Shown: positions 19,037 through 30,158, counted from the stretch's first letter. The stretch is 60,722 nucleotides of DNA from Nitrososphaerota archaeon (GCA_033581555.1 JAVQSZ010000003.1:118474-179195); one strand, 5' to 3'. Program-made: numbers and translations. The notes: generated by a model not told the origin, from the letters alone.

Positions 19037-19805
19037 TATAGCCCGGAGGTGCCTCGAGCTCGAGGCCCTTAGGCATCCTAGACATGCTCGCGGCGGTCCT
19101 CCTCATCAGGTCCCTGAGCTGAAGCCTGATGGAATCGGACTGCTCGATAAGAGGCTGGACGTTGAAGTCGGTCCCAAAGACCCTGTTGATGAAGGCGATC
19201 ACCTCGGCGGAGGCGCCGGGATCGGGGTACTGGAGGTGGGACTGGGCTAGGACCAGCACCACCTTGAGGCCGCGCTCCGTTCCAAGTTTGATCAGGGCCG
19301 CGTTGTGCCCTGTGATGAAGCCCATCTCGAAGGCCTCCGCCTGCCCCTTCCTCGTGAACTCCTCGGTGAGCTTGAGGTCGTTGGAGACGACGAAGACCCG
19401 TGGCCTCTCGATCTCGAGTCGGTTCGGCTCGGGGACGCCGCCGAGCGAGACCACTAGATCCGACGAGGCCTCGACCGCGTAGTCGACGATGCCCTTCGCT
19501 GTAGACCAGATAAGGTTAGGGAGGATCGGGATGTCGGAGTAGACCACCGAGAAGGTCGGTCTTCCTCCCACGTCGACCCTGTACAGTCTCACCGGGTCCA
19601 GTATCCTGCCCTCCTGCACCACGACGACGGGCGGAGCCTCGTCGAGGTCTATGCTCCCCAGCAGGCTCGACTGGGAGTTCGCGACGATGTACGATGTCGC
19701 GATCGTCCCGACGAGGCCGACGTCCGGAAGCCCCACGATCGTCGGCGCGCCCTTGACAGCCTTACCCGTCAGCCTCAGCGCCACGGGTACCTCATCCCCT
19801 CTCAT
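19029..19805 (-). CDS. PAC2-family proteasome assembly chaperone
   Basis: VGLPDVGLVGTIA, SLGG, YPDPGASA; C-terminus GYIK. Confidence 0.85.
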   Translation of the reverse strand: MRGDEVPVALRLTGKAVKGAPTIVGLPDVGLVGTIATSYIVANSQSSLLGSIDLDEAPPVVVVQEGRILDPVRLYRVDVGGRPTFSVVYSDIPILPNLIWSTAKGIVDYAVEASSDLVVSLGGVPEPNRLEIERPRVFVVSNDLKLTEEFTRKGQAEAFEMGFITGHNAALIKLGTERGLKVVLVLAQSHLQYPDPGASAEVIAFINRVFGTDFNVQPLIEQSDSIRLQLRDLMRRTAASMSRMPKGLELEAPPGYIK

Positions 19806-20875
19806 TTCTTAAATGTATCAGGCCGACGGAGGTGCAGTGGGTACGACTCCGGGTCCTCGGGGAGCGACGGGTAGTCGGGCGGCCACTTCGCCGGGTTCAC
19901 CGAATCCAGCTGGGTCAGCGCCTCCTCGATCTCGCGCCTCCTCGGCTCGAGCCACGGCGGCAGGACCAACCTGGTCCCTAAGCTCTCCGGGGGCTCATCG
20001 ACCGCGTATCCCGGACCCGCCGTGGCGACCTCGAGCAGGTTCCCCTCCGGGTCCCTAACGTAGAGCGACTTGAACCAGAACCTGTCCACAACGCCCGAGT
20101 TCGGTATTCGGACGGAGATCAATCTCCTCAAGATCGTCCGCTGGTCGCGCTCGTCCTCGACCGCGAACGCGACGTGGTGTATCGAGCCCCTCCCGACCAG
20201 ACCGTAGTCGGCGTCGGGTTCGACGACGTAGTGCAGGTAGTCCCCGCGCTCATCGTCCGAGGCCACGAGGTAGAACCTGCCGCTCCGGTCCCTAGTCCTC
20301 TCCCAGCTGGTCACGCCTAGGAACTTCTCGTAGAACCTCTCGACGACCTCTGGGTCCGTGGCGAGTATCGCGGCGTGGTCGAAGCTGATCAGCCTCATCG
20401 AGCCGCTGACCCCGTCCACGTCGACCCTTTCCGCCAAGAGCTCCCTCACGTAGTCGAAAGGGGCACCCTCTTTCGGTGCGACGAGCTCAATCTCCGCTCC
20501 GTCGGGATCGGTGAGGTAGACCGAGAACCCGTAGAACCTCTCGAAGGGCCCTTCTACCGGAACTCCCTTCCCTCTCAGCCACCAGTACCAGTCCCTGAGC
20601 GACTCGATGGAGACGACGCGGTAGGCGACGTGGTGCGGCGACCCGAGCCCGGGGTTCCCGAAGGGCAGGTGCGGCCACTCGAAGAAGGTGATCGTGCTCC
20701 CTACGGTCGATTCGGGGTTCGCGTAGAATGCGTGCCTGTGATAGACGTCGTCCTGATTGACCGAGAGCTTCACCCTTCTCAGCCCGAGGACGTCGACGTA
20801 GAACCTCGCGTTGACCGAGTAGTTGCCCGTGACCAGCGTGACGTGGTGCAGGCCCCTGATCTCCGACCCGCTCAC
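19802..20875 (-). CDS. VOC-family ring-cleaving dioxygenase/glyoxalase (MhqA/O-like)
   Basis: GLHHVT, VNQDD, ITFFEWP, GSIHHVAF, DRFWFKSLYVRDPEG, GPGYAVDEP, LVLPPWLE. Confidence 0.88.
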   Translation of the reverse strand: MSGSEIRGLHHVTLVTGNYSVNARFYVDVLGLRRVKLSVNQDDVYHRHAFYANPESTVGSTITFFEWPHLPFGNPGLGSPHHVAYRVVSIESLRDWYWWLRGKGVPVEGPFERFYGFSVYLTDPDGAEIELVAPKEGAPFDYVRELLAERVDVDGVSGSMRLISFDHAAILATDPEVVERFYEKFLGVTSWERTRDRSGRFYLVASDDERGDYLHYVVEPDADYGLVGRGSIHHVAFAVEDERDQRTILRRLISVRIPNSGVVDRFWFKSLYVRDPEGNLLEVATAGPGYAVDEPPESLGTRLVLPPWLEPRRREIEEALTQLDSVNPAKWPPDYPSLPEDPESYPLHLRRPDTFKK

Positions 20876-20956
20876 CTATGCTATAACTGAGGACATGCTA
20901 ATGAGTCTGCGCGGTCTTCCCGAAACGGTGAAGAGCGACTAAAGCTCACGTGGCGC

Positions 20957-21496
20957 GTGATCTACGAGGAGTACGTCGGCTACATGATGCTGGCGTGTGG
21001 GATGAGGGTCGGAGTCGCGGACCCGATCGGTGCCCTCTCGGAGCTCGAGCTTCCCGAGGGGGTTAGAGTCCAGCTCTACGACCCGCGCGCCGCGGCCTCG
21101 GAAAGGCAGATCGCCCTCGCCTTCCTCTGCGCTGTCGACTCCTTCCTGACTGGGACGAACAGAGCCAGGAGGATCGAGGTTGAAGTGCTGAGGTACCTCG
21201 CCTGCTCGACCCAGATAGAACAGGCCATCGCGAGGGCCGGCGTGAGGGAGGGCGCGAAGGAGGTGGGCGTGATGGTGATCGCAGAGAAGGGGCACGATCC
21301 GAAGCCCATCCTCGAGGAGGTCGTGAGGGCCTTGAGGGGCGAGCTGGCCCCCGAAATAGCCTTCCGCGCCGAGCCCCGCGAGCTGCTGGAGAGGCGCGGC
21401 TTGGACCCGAGGAGGGCCGACCGCTTGCCGTGGTCCGAGGGCGCGAGACGGGAGGAGCTCCTGTTGCTAGAGGAGATGGTCGCGTTGAGGCTCTGA
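20957..21496 (+). CDS. cgi121: KEOPS complex subunit Cgi121
   Basis: NRARRIEVEVLRYLACSTQIEQAIARAGV and terminal LEEMVAL. Confidence 0.75.
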   Translation: MIYEEYVGYMMLACGMRVGVADPIGALSELELPEGVRVQLYDPRAAASERQIALAFLCAVDSFLTGTNRARRIEVEVLRYLACSTQIEQAIARAGVREGAKEVGVMVIAEKGHDPKPILEEVVRALRGELAPEIAFRAEPRELLERRGLDPRRADRLPWSEGARREELLLLEEMVALRL

Positions 21497-21498
21497 GG

Positions 21499-22719
21499 CT
21501 ACCTGTCCCACTCGACGGGCCACATGTTGTGTGACCAGTAGATCACCGGGATGTCCGCGATCCTCTTCCCCCTCGCGAGGTAGGGCACCAACAGCAGGTT
21601 CCTGAAGGAGGGCGTCATGATCCTGACCCTGTAGGGCCTGTCGGCCGCGTCCGATCTGACGTAGTAGGTCATCTCGCCGTGGGCCGCCTCAACCCTCGCG
21701 ACCGCCTCGCCCGGCGGGACCCTCAGGTTGATCGGGTGCTGCTTGTTCTTCACTGGGCCTTCGGGCATCATCTCGACAGCCTGTCTGATGATCCTGACGC
21801 TCTGTAGCATCTCCTCGAAGGCGACCCAGGCCCTCGCGTAAGAGTCGCCCTCGGTCCTAACGGGCACCTCGAAGCTGAACTTGGAATAGGCGTCGTAGGG
21901 CTCGTCCACCCTGACGTCCCTCCTGAACCCAGACGCCCTGAGGCTGACCCCGACCGCGCCGAGCTCCGCGGCCATCTCCCTCGTCAGGACGCCAACTCCC
22001 CTGGTCCTGTCGATGAAGATCGAGTTCTCCAGCATCAGGTCCCTGTAGTTCTCGAGCCTCGCCTCGAGGAATTCCATCACCCTGAGGACGTACTTCGGGA
22101 AGTCGTCGGTCAGCTCGCCGTCCTTAGGAGACTTGCCGGTCGCGTCCCTATACCAGGCCCTGAACCTTTGGACAAGCTCGGTCGGGACCTTCTTCGGCAG
22201 GTCGTTCCTCACGCCTCCCGGGACGAAGTACGAGTGGGTGATCCTCTGGCCTCCGATGAACTGGACCAGGTCGACGATGAACTCCCGGTCGCCGAAGCAC
22301 CATAGGAAGGGCGTCGTGAGTCCTAGGAAGACGCCGTAGAGCGCGAAGTAGTAGAAGTGCGAGCCTATCCTGTTCAGCTCAGCCACTAGGGGCCTGATGT
22401 ACTTTGCCCTCTCAGGCGGCTCGACCCCCATCAACTTCTCGACCGCGAGGCAGTAAGGGTAGACCATTCCGGCCGCGTCGAGGATCGCGGGCCTCTCGAG
22501 GTGTGGTATGTTCGTGATCCAGGTCTTGTACTCGCACATCTTCTCCTCTCCCCTGTGGACGAAGCCCGGGTCCGGGTCCAGATCGACGACCGTGTCGCCG
22601 ATCACCCTAACGATCATCCTGAAGTGCCCCGTGCCCGGGTGCTGGGGGCCGTACGAGAAGACCAGCCCCTCGCCGGTTTCGAGGATCGAGATCTCCCTAA
22701 CCTCGGTCTCGGCGGTCAT
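21499..22719 (-). CDS. nuoD: NADH-quinone oxidoreductase subunit D-like (49 kDa)
   Basis: GPQHPGTGHFR, GFVHRGEEK, ELNRIGSH, GDSYAR, PSFRNL; no NiFe-binding CxxC motifs. Confidence 0.88.
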   Translation of the reverse strand: MTAETEVREISILETGEGLVFSYGPQHPGTGHFRMIVRVIGDTVVDLDPDPGFVHRGEEKMCEYKTWITNIPHLERPAILDAAGMVYPYCLAVEKLMGVEPPERAKYIRPLVAELNRIGSHFYYFALYGVFLGLTTPFLWCFGDREFIVDLVQFIGGQRITHSYFVPGGVRNDLPKKVPTELVQRFRAWYRDATGKSPKDGELTDDFPKYVLRVMEFLEARLENYRDLMLENSIFIDRTRGVGVLTREMAAELGAVGVSLRASGFRRDVRVDEPYDAYSKFSFEVPVRTEGDSYARAWVAFEEMLQSVRIIRQAVEMMPEGPVKNKQHPINLRVPPGEAVARVEAAHGEMTYYVRSDAADRPYRVRIMTPSFRNLLLVPYLARGKRIADIPVIYWSHNMWPVEWDR

Positions 22720-22885
22720 CGCTCACGCAGTGGCTCCCTGCGCTATAAGCGTAGGTCCTGACCTCTGCGGGTGGTCGATGCGCTCGAGGCCTCAGTGCGC
22801 CTCCGCGTCGAATAGTTGGGCCCGTCCCGGGACCTCTTGGGCAACGTTGAAATAACGGCGAGGACGCGCAGGTCCGCAATGAACG

Positions 22886-24292
22886 GTGGTCGTCTTTGGA
22901 CGGGAGCTGATTGACCCGTCCTTCTCCGTGAGGCGAGTCGACGAGCGGATCGACCTCCTCTCGCTGGTCTCGGTCCTGAGGTCGGAGTTCGAGGACGTGG
23001 CCTTCCTCGAGTCCGTGGAGGGGCCCTCGCCGCTGGCCGAGTACAGCTTCCTCGCCTTTGACCCGGTCGCGGTGCTGGAGGTACCGGAGGGCATGGACCG
23101 CTCGAGGCTTTACGTCGACGGCGATTTGGTCGAGGAGTTCGACGAACCGCTTGGCCACTTGAGGGACCTGATCGGGAGGGGGCTTCCGGCCGCTGCGACG
23201 CCGAGGCTCGCCGGAGGCGCGATCGGGTTCGTCTCGTACGACGCGGCCAGGATGTGGCACGAGTTTCACGGCCGGAGCGACGTGATGTCCGGGTTCCCCG
23301 CGATGCGTTTCGGCGTCTTCAGGTCGATAGTCGTCCACGACCACAGGACCCGCGAGACCTACGTCTGCTCGGTCGGTCCCGAGGGGCCGGGGCCGGAGCT
23401 CCAGAGGGCTCTGAAGGAAGCGAGACGGCCGGACGCTCTTGACGGTGAGGGGTTCAGGCACGAGGAGACGGGGACTTCGCTCTCGGAGGCCGAGTTCGTC
23501 GAGGCAGTGGTGGCGGCGAAGGAGTACATCTCCAGCGGTGACGTCTTCCAGGTCGTCCTCTCGAGGAGGGTGGACCTGAGGGTATCCGGCGACCTGATGC
23601 GGGTCTACGCGGCCCTGAGGAGGATAAACCCGTCGCCCTACATGTTCCTCCTGAGGCTGGGTGACGTCGAGCTGGTCGGGTCGAGCCCCGAGATGCTGGT
23701 CCGCGTCGAGGGCGATAGGGTCACGACGTTCCCGATCGCGGGGACGAGGAGGAGGCTTGAGGACCCGATGGCGGACTCGGCCTCGGATATGCAGCTGCTC
23801 TCCGACCAGAAGGAGCTCGCGGAGCACGTGATGCTGGTCGACCTCGCGAGGAACGACCTCGGCAGGGTCTGCAGGCCGGGGACCGTCAACGTCGCCGAGG
23901 CGATGAGGTTGGTGAAGTACAGCCACGTCAAGCACCTCGTCTCGAGGGTCGAGGGGTCCTTGAGGCAAGGCCTGGACTCGCTCGACGCGTTCGTCTCGGT
24001 CTTCCCCGCCGGGACGGTGTCGGGAGCTCCGAAGCTGAGGGCGATGGAGGTCATCGACGAGCTCGAGCCGGTCGCGAGGGGGCCGTACGCGGGCGCGGTC
24101 GGATACGTCTCCTTCAACTGGTCCGCGGACTTCGCGATCGCGATCAGGACCCTCTTCAGGATGAGGGACCAGGCGTTCATTCAGGCCGGCGCGGGCGTCG
24201 TCTGGGATTCGGTGCCGGAGAGGGAGTACGCGGAGACCGAGGCGAAACTCTCCGCCCTGAGGGCGGCCCTGATGGAGGCTGAGGGCGCGTGA
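22886..24292 (+). CDS. trpE: Anthranilate synthase component I
   Basis: FQVVLSRR, NPSPYM, SSPE, PIAGT, EHVMLVDLARND, GTVSGAPK. Confidence 0.95.
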   Translation: MVVFGRELIDPSFSVRRVDERIDLLSLVSVLRSEFEDVAFLESVEGPSPLAEYSFLAFDPVAVLEVPEGMDRSRLYVDGDLVEEFDEPLGHLRDLIGRGLPAAATPRLAGGAIGFVSYDAARMWHEFHGRSDVMSGFPAMRFGVFRSIVVHDHRTRETYVCSVGPEGPGPELQRALKEARRPDALDGEGFRHEETGTSLSEAEFVEAVVAAKEYISSGDVFQVVLSRRVDLRVSGDLMRVYAALRRINPSPYMFLLRLGDVELVGSSPEMLVRVEGDRVTTFPIAGTRRRLEDPMADSASDMQLLSDQKELAEHVMLVDLARNDLGRVCRPGTVNVAEAMRLVKYSHVKHLVSRVEGSLRQGLDSLDAFVSVFPAGTVSGAPKLRAMEVIDELEPVARGPYAGAVGYVSFNWSADFAIAIRTLFRMRDQAFIQAGAGVVWDSVPEREYAETEAKLSALRAALMEAEGA

Positions 24293-24873
24293 GGGTCCTC
24301 ATACTGGACAATTACGACTCCTTCGTCTGGAACCTGGCCGACTACGTCGGGAAGCTGGGCGCGGAGCCGATAGTCATGAGGAGCACGAAGCTGACGCTGG
24401 AGGACGTCGAGTCGCTCGACCCGGAGCGGATCATCATATCGCCTGGACCCGGCCACCCGTCGGAGAGGAGGTTCACGGGCGTTTCGGCCGACGTGGTCCT
24501 GAGCCTCGGCAGGAGGGTTCCTGTTCTCGGCGTCTGCCTCGGGATGCAGCTGATCGGGCACGCGTTGGGAGGGAGCGTCGTCAGGGCGAAGAGGGTCGTC
24601 CACGGGAAGGCCTCAAAGGTGACCCACGTTGGAGAGGGAGTCTTCAGAGGCCTCGAGAACCCGCTCACGGTCGGGAGGTATCACTCGCTGGTCGTGAGGG
24701 AGGAGGACCTGCCAAGAGAGCTGGAGGTGATCGCCCGGGACCTCGAGGACGGCGAGCTCATGGCCATCAGGCACAGGAGTTGGCCGCTCGTCGGGGTGCA
24801 GTTCCACCCTGAGTCGGTCCTCACGCCGAGGGGGATCGACCTGCTGAGGAACTTCCTCAGAGGTGAGCTGTGA
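24289..24873 (+). CDS. trpG: Anthranilate synthase component II (glutamine amidotransferase)
   Basis: DNYDSF, SPGPG, GVCLG, RYHSL, QFHPES. Confidence 0.95.
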   Translation: MRVLILDNYDSFVWNLADYVGKLGAEPIVMRSTKLTLEDVESLDPERIIISPGPGHPSERRFTGVSADVVLSLGRRVPVLGVCLGMQLIGHALGGSVVRAKRVVHGKASKVTHVGEGVFRGLENPLTVGRYHSLVVREEDLPRELEVIARDLEDGELMAIRHRSWPLVGVQFHPESVLTPRGIDLLRNFLRGEL

Positions 24874-25912
24874 CGTGATCGTCGAGGTCATCGCGAAGCT
24901 CGTCGAGGGGAGGTCTGTCGGTGCGGGGGAGGTCGCAGCGTGCGTCGAGGAGATGGCCGAGGGCATAGCGACTCCGTCGCAGGTCGCGGCCTTCCTCACG
25001 GCGATGAGGATGAGGGGTGAGTCACCGAAGCACCTGGCCGCGATGGCTCGAGTCCTCAGGAGGAGGGCTGTGAGGGTCAGGACCGACGGCGGGGCGATCG
25101 ACACCTGCGGGACTGGGGGCGACTCGGTCAAGACGGTGAACGCTAGCACGATCGCGGGGCTCGTCGTCGCAGCTGCCGGTGGCAAGGTCGCTAAACACGG
25201 CAACAGGTCCTTCACGGGGCACACGGGGAGCGCCGACCTGCTCGAGGAGCTGGGGGTCAACGTCGACGTAGGGCCGGACGTCGTCGAGAGGTGCGTCGAG
25301 GAGGCCGGGTTCGGGTTCATGTTCGCGCCCAGGTACCACCCCTCGTTCAAGGCCGTCGCCGCGGTGAGGAGGGAGATCGGGATAAGGACCGCCTTCAACC
25401 TGCTGGGGCCGCTGAGCAATCCAGCCGACGCGCGGAGGCACTCGATGGGCGTCTCGTCCAGGGAGCTCGTGACCGTGATGGCCGAGGCTTTGAGGCTGCT
25501 GGGCGTCGAGAGGGCTGCGGTCTTCCACGGGCTGAACGGCATCGACGAGGTCTCTCCCTGCTCTCCCACCGAGGTCTGCTGGGTCCTCGAGGACGGCGTC
25601 CGCTACACCAAGGTCATTCCGAAGGACTTCGGGCTGATCGGAACTACCCTGGAGAGGCTGGTGGTGTCGTCGAGGGCCGAGGCCGTCCAGAGGGCGAAGA
25701 GGGTGGTGCTCGGAGAGGCCGCAAGGGACGACCCTGACGCACAGCTGGTCCTCTGTAACGCCTCGGTGGCTCTGGTGGTCGCGGGCCTTTCCGACGACCT
25801 CGGGCACGGAGCGGAGCTCGCGTGGGAGGTCCTCTCCTCCGGCGGGGTCGAGAGGGTCCTGAAAGAGGTCGTGAGGTTGACGGGCGGTGACGGTTCGAGG
25901 CTCGAGCGGTGA
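24863..25912 (+). CDS. trpD: Anthranilate phosphoribosyltransferase
   Basis: DTCGTGGD, KHGNRS, GSADLLE, FNLLGPLSNP. Confidence 0.95.
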   Translation: MSCDVIVEVIAKLVEGRSVGAGEVAACVEEMAEGIATPSQVAAFLTAMRMRGESPKHLAAMARVLRRRAVRVRTDGGAIDTCGTGGDSVKTVNASTIAGLVVAAAGGKVAKHGNRSFTGHTGSADLLEELGVNVDVGPDVVERCVEEAGFGFMFAPRYHPSFKAVAAVRREIGIRTAFNLLGPLSNPADARRHSMGVSSRELVTVMAEALRLLGVERAAVFHGLNGIDEVSPCSPTEVCWVLEDGVRYTKVIPKDFGLIGTTLERLVVSSRAEAVQRAKRVVLGEAARDDPDAQLVLCNASVALVVAGLSDDLGHGAELAWEVLSSGGVERVLKEVVRLTGGDGSRLER

Positions 25913-26684
25913 GGGAGTTCCGTACCTGGTGAGGGCGTGCGAGGACGCCATGAGTCGGGTAAGGTCCGGATACTATTCGTCCGCGTGGGAGCTCGCGACG
26001 ACGAGGAGGAGACTCCTGGACTCGTTGAGGAGCAGGGTCTCCGTGATCGCGGAGCTCAAGCCCAGGTCTCCGACCGCTGGGGAGATCAGGTCCGTCGACG
26101 ACCCGAGAGCGCTGATCGCGAGGATGATCGAGGGCGGCGCCGACGCCATCTCCGTCCTCACAGTTCCCGGCGACTTCGGCGGCAGACCCGAGTACCTGAG
26201 GGCAGCCTCAGAGTCCGGTGTAGCGACGCTGATGAAGGACTTCGTCGTCTCGAGGGCGCAGCTGGAGTTCGCCGCGAGGGCCGGCGCTAGCGCGGTCCTG
26301 CTGATCGCGAGGGCCTTCAGGTTGGGGCTCTGCGAGCTCGAGCTCAACGGGACGATCGGGGAGGCGCACGACCTCGGCCTCGAGGTCCTCGTAGAGGTCT
26401 ACAGGTCAGATGACCTGGACTACGCTATCCGCACAGACGCGGACCTCATCGGCGTCAACTCGAGGGACCTGGAGACGCTGGACCTGAACCCAGAGAGGGC
26501 AAGGGCGATCGTGGCCCAAGTGCCGGAGGGCGAGAGGTGGAGGACGGTCATCGAGAGCGGCATAGGCTGCAGGTCAGACATCGAGCCCTTCCTCGAGATG
26601 GGAGTGAACAAGTTCCTCGTCGGGACCGCGGTCATGAGGGCACAGGACCCCGCTTCGGCGATCAGGGCGATCAAGGGTGAGTGA
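25887..26684 (+). CDS. trpC: Indole-3-glycerol phosphate synthase
   Basis: IAELKPRSP, ISVLT, LMKDF, GVNSRDL, ESGI. Confidence 0.92.
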   Translation: MTVRGSSGEGVPYLVRACEDAMSRVRSGYYSSAWELATTRRRLLDSLRSRVSVIAELKPRSPTAGEIRSVDDPRALIARMIEGGADAISVLTVPGDFGGRPEYLRAASESGVATLMKDFVVSRAQLEFAARAGASAVLLIARAFRLGLCELELNGTIGEAHDLGLEVLVEVYRSDDLDYAIRTDADLIGVNSRDLETLDLNPERARAIVAQVPEGERWRTVIESGIGCRSDIEPFLEMGVNKFLVGTAVMRAQDPASAIRAIKGE

Positions 26685-27291
26685 GGTGGCGCTCTTCGTG
26701 AAGGTCTGCGGTATCACGAGGCTCGAGGACTTGAGGGCCGTTGCTGAGGCGGGCGCGGACGCAATCGGGCTTGTCATAGGGTTCCCGAGCTCGCCGAGGA
26801 ACCTGAGCCTCGAGGCCGCGAGGAGGATCGCGAGGGAGGCGAGGGGAGGGCCGTTCTCGATCGCCGTGCTGGAGGGCTCCGATCCGAAGCTCGTAGAGGA
26901 CGTCTGCTCTGCCGTCGAGCCGTACGGTCTTCAGGTCTACGGCCCCGCGGACCCTGACTCCCTGAGGTCGTTGGGGGTGAGGTTCCTGATACGGCCAGTC
27001 GCACCAGAGGCCCGGGAGCTCCCTGAGGGCTTCGACGCGGTGCTGTTGGATCGGAGTCACGGGAAGGGGCTGCCGATCGACCTCGAGGTCGCCGCGGAGT
27101 TCGTGAGGAGGTCGAGTCTCCCCGTGATCCTCTCTGGAGGCCTGAACCCCTATAACGTCGCGGAGGTCGTCAGGAGGGTGAGGCCGTTCGGGGTCGACGC
27201 ATCGTCCGGGCTCGAGTCGGCCCAGGGGGTCAAGGACTCCGCAAAGGTTAGGGCGTTCGTCGAGAGGGCGAGGAGGGCCCATGAAGGTTAG
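26677..27291 (+). CDS. trpF: Phosphoribosylanthranilate isomerase
   Basis: [30 protein letters not shown]. Confidence 0.92.
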   Translation: MSEVALFVKVCGITRLEDLRAVAEAGADAIGLVIGFPSSPRNLSLEAARRIAREARGGPFSIAVLEGSDPKLVEDVCSAVEPYGLQVYGPADPDSLRSLGVRFLIRPVAPEARELPEGFDAVLLDRSHGKGLPIDLEVAAEFVRRSSLPVILSGGLNPYNVAEVVRRVRPFGVDASSGLESAQGVKDSAKVRAFVERARRAHEG

Positions 27292-28465
27292 GGGCAGGTT
27301 CGGGAGGTTCGGCGGCAGGTACGTCCCCGAGACGCTGGTCGAGGCCCTCGACGAGCTCGAGAGGAGCTACGAGGAGCTGAGGGACGACTCGTCGTTCAGG
27401 TCTGAGCTCGAGAGGCTGCTGAGGGACTACGCGGGCAGACCGACACCGCTCTACTTCGCCTCGAACCTCACTAAGCTGCTCGGAGGAGCGAAGGTCTACC
27501 TGAAGAGGGAGGACCTCCTCCACGGCGGGGCCCACAAGATCAACAACGCGCTCGGTCAGGCCCTCCTCGCGAGGAGGATGGGGAAGCGCAGGGTTATCGC
27601 TGAAACCGGTGCCGGGCAGCACGGCGTCGCCACAGCGATGGCCTGCGCGGTCCTCGGCCTGAAGTGCACGGTCTACATGGGCGAGCTGGACGTCGAGAGG
27701 CAGTCGGCGAACGTGAAGAGGATGAGGCTTCTCGGGGCCGAGGTCGTTCCGGTCAGGTCCGGGACTAGGACGCTCAAGGACGCGATCAACGAGGCTATCA
27801 GGGACTGGGTCACGAACGTCGAGACCACCTACTACCTCCTCGGCTCCTGCGTCGGGCCGCACCCGTACCCGACGATCGTGAGGGACTTCCAGTCGGTGAT
27901 CGGGAGGGAGTGCAGGTGCCAGGCCCTCGAGGCGGAGGGCAGGCTACCCGACTGGGTGGTCGCATGCGTTGGCGGCGGGAGCAACGCGATCGGGATCTTC
28001 CACCCGTTCCTCGAGGACCCGGTCAAGCTGGTCGGCGTTGAAGCGGGCGGGAGGGGCGAGGGGATCGGCGAGCACGCGGCCTCGCTCTGCAGGGGGACCG
28101 AGGGCGTCCTCCACGGGGCCTACACGTATGTCATCCAGGACGAGGACGGTCAGGTGGGGGAGACATGGAGCGTAGCGCCGGGCCTCGACTACCCGGGCGT
28201 CGGGCCGGAGCACGCGTACTTGAAGGAGACGGGGAGGGTGGAGTACGTCGCGGTCGACGACGCAAGCGCCCTGAGGGCCTACCTGACGCTGGCGAGGACC
28301 GAGGGGATACTTCCTGCCCTCGAGCCGGCCCACGCCCTAGCCCACGCGATCGAGCTGGCGCCGACGCTCCCGAAGGACGAGGTGGTCGTCGTGAACCTGA
28401 GCGGCAGGGGCGACAAGGACCTGGACACGGTCCTGAGGTGGCTTGAGCTTGAGGGAGCTGGCTGA
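27281..28465 (+). CDS. trpB: Tryptophan synthase beta chain (TrpB1 type)
   Basis: [56 protein letters not shown]. Confidence 0.97.
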   Translation: MKVRGRFGRFGGRYVPETLVEALDELERSYEELRDDSSFRSELERLLRDYAGRPTPLYFASNLTKLLGGAKVYLKREDLLHGGAHKINNALGQALLARRMGKRRVIAETGAGQHGVATAMACAVLGLKCTVYMGELDVERQSANVKRMRLLGAEVVPVRSGTRTLKDAINEAIRDWVTNVETTYYLLGSCVGPHPYPTIVRDFQSVIGRECRCQALEAEGRLPDWVVACVGGGSNAIGIFHPFLEDPVKLVGVEAGGRGEGIGEHAASLCRGTEGVLHGAYTYVIQDEDGQVGETWSVAPGLDYPGVGPEHAYLKETGRVEYVAVDDASALRAYLTLARTEGILPALEPAHALAHAIELAPTLPKDEVVVVNLSGRGDKDLDTVLRWLELEGAG

Positions 28466-29246
28466 GGCCTTCGAGGCCGCGAGGTCCGAAAACAGGGCCG
28501 CCTTCATCGGTTACCTCACGGGAGGGTATCCCGACGCGGTCCGGTGCGTAGAGGCGCTCGTCGCGATGGCCGAGGAGGGAGTGGACGTCCTCGAGGTCGG
28601 GGTTCCGTTCTCCGACCCGATAGCGGACGGCGCTACGATCCAGGAGGCGACCGCGGTTGCGCTGAGGAACGGCACCAGTCCATCGGAAGTCCTTGGGATC
28701 GTCAGGGAGGTTAGGTCCCGGGTCGGCGTCCCGGTCGTGCTGCTCGCTTACCTGAACGTCCTGTTGAGGCGAGGGCTCGAGAGGTTCGCGGCGGAGGCCA
28801 GGGATTCGGGCGTCTCGGCGGTGATCGTTCCGGACCTGCCTCTTGAGGAGTCGGAGCCCGTCGCTCGGGCGATGAGGGGCTCCGGGATAGGCGTGGTGCT
28901 GCTGGCGTCGCCGACGACGAGCGACGGTAGGCTCGCGAGGATCCTGGACGCCAGCGACGTCTTCACCTACCTGGTCTCGGTGACCGGGACGACGGGGGAG
29001 AGGGCCGAAGTGCCTAGGAGCGCGGTCCAGCTGGTCAGGCGGGCGAAGTCCCTGAGGCCTTCCACGAGGGTCGCGGTGGGCTTCGGGGTCTCGGCGCCGG
29101 AGCACGGCAAGGTCCTCGCGTCGGAGGGAGCCGACGGGGTCGTCGTGGGGAGCAGGATCGTCTCGCTGATGAAGGAGGGCGGTGTCGGGGCGGTCAGGGA
29201 GTTCGCGAGGGGCTTCAGGCGGTCGCTGTTACGAGGCCTCCGCTAA
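28443..29246 (+). CDS. trpA: Tryptophan synthase alpha chain
   Basis: [34 protein letters not shown]. Confidence 0.95.
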   Translation: MSLRELAEAFEAARSENRAAFIGYLTGGYPDAVRCVEALVAMAEEGVDVLEVGVPFSDPIADGATIQEATAVALRNGTSPSEVLGIVREVRSRVGVPVVLLAYLNVLLRRGLERFAAEARDSGVSAVIVPDLPLEESEPVARAMRGSGIGVVLLASPTTSDGRLARILDASDVFTYLVSVTGTTGERAEVPRSAVQLVRRAKSLRPSTRVAVGFGVSAPEHGKVLASEGADGVVVGSRIVSLMKEGGVGAVREFARGFRRSLLRGLR

Positions 29247-29279
29247 GGCTTATCCGAGGCCGGCGTCCTCGACTTCCGG

Positions 29280-30158
29280 ATGGAGAGGCCTCCCTGGCTG
29301 AAGGTAGTCCTGCCCCACGGCCCTGTCTATGAAAGGGTGAGGGAGGTCGTCAGGAGGCACGGGCTCCACACGGTCTGTCAGTCCGCGATCTGCCCCAACG
29401 TCGGGGAGTGCTGGGGCTCGGGGACCGCCACGTTCATGATCCTCGGGGACGTCTGCACCAGGGGTTGCAGGTTCTGCGCGGTCACCCACGGCAACCCGAG
29501 GGGGTCGGTGGACCTCACGGAGCCCGAGAGGGTCGCGGCCGCGGTCTCCGAGCTAGGCCTCAGCTACGTCGTCATCACCTCGGTCTGCAGGGACGACCTC
29601 CCCGATGGGGGAGCGTCGGTCTTCGCGGAGACCGTGAGGGCGGTCAAGCGGAGGAACCCCGGCTCCCTGGTCGAGGTCCTGATTCCTGACTTCGAGGGCG
29701 AGAGGCGCGCGATCGAGGAGGTGGTGAGGGCGGGGCCGGACGTCGTCGGTCACAACGTCGAGACCGTGAGGAGGCTCACGCCGGTGGTCAGGGACAGGAG
29801 GGCCTCCTACGAGAGGTCGCTCGCGGTCCTCAGGACGGTCAAGGAGGTCGACCCGAGGATGATCACGAAGTCCTCGATGATGCTGGGGCTCGGCGAGACC
29901 GACGAGGAGGTCGTCGAGACGCTGAGGGACCTGAGGGCCGTTGGCGTCGACGTCGTGACGTTGGGTCAGTACCTGAGGCCGCTCGACTCGCCGCTTTACC
30001 TCCCGGTCGTCGAGTACGTGAGGCCCGAGAGGTTCAGAACGCTTGAGGAGGTCGCCTACCGGATGGGCTTCCTCTACGTCGCCTCCGGGCCGCTCGTGAG
30101 GAGCTCCTACAGGGCCGCCGAGGCCTTCGTCGCGTCCCTGGTGAGGGGCGTTGCGTGA
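29280..30158 (+). CDS. lipA: Lipoyl synthase
   Basis: CQSAICPNVGEC auxiliary-cluster motif, CTRGCRFC radical SAM motif, VRSSY. Confidence 0.95.
   Translation: MERPPWLKVVLPHGPVYERVREVVRRHGLHTVCQSAICPNVGECWGSGTATFMILGDVCTRGCRFCAVTHGNPRGSVDLTEPERVAAAVSELGLSYVVITSVCRDDLPDGGASVFAETVRAVKRRNPGSLVEVLIPDFEGERRAIEEVVRAGPDVVGHNVETVRRLTPVVRDRRASYERSLAVLRTVKEVDPRMITKSSMMLGLGETDEEVVETLRDLRAVGVDVVTLGQYLRPLDSPLYLPVVEYVRPERFRTLEEVAYRMGFLYVASGPLVRSSYRAAEAFVASLVRGVA

Noticed and set aside
21499-22719. [NiFe]-hydrogenase large subunit
   Set aside because: No N- or C-terminal CxxC metal ligands, consistent with complex I NuoD.
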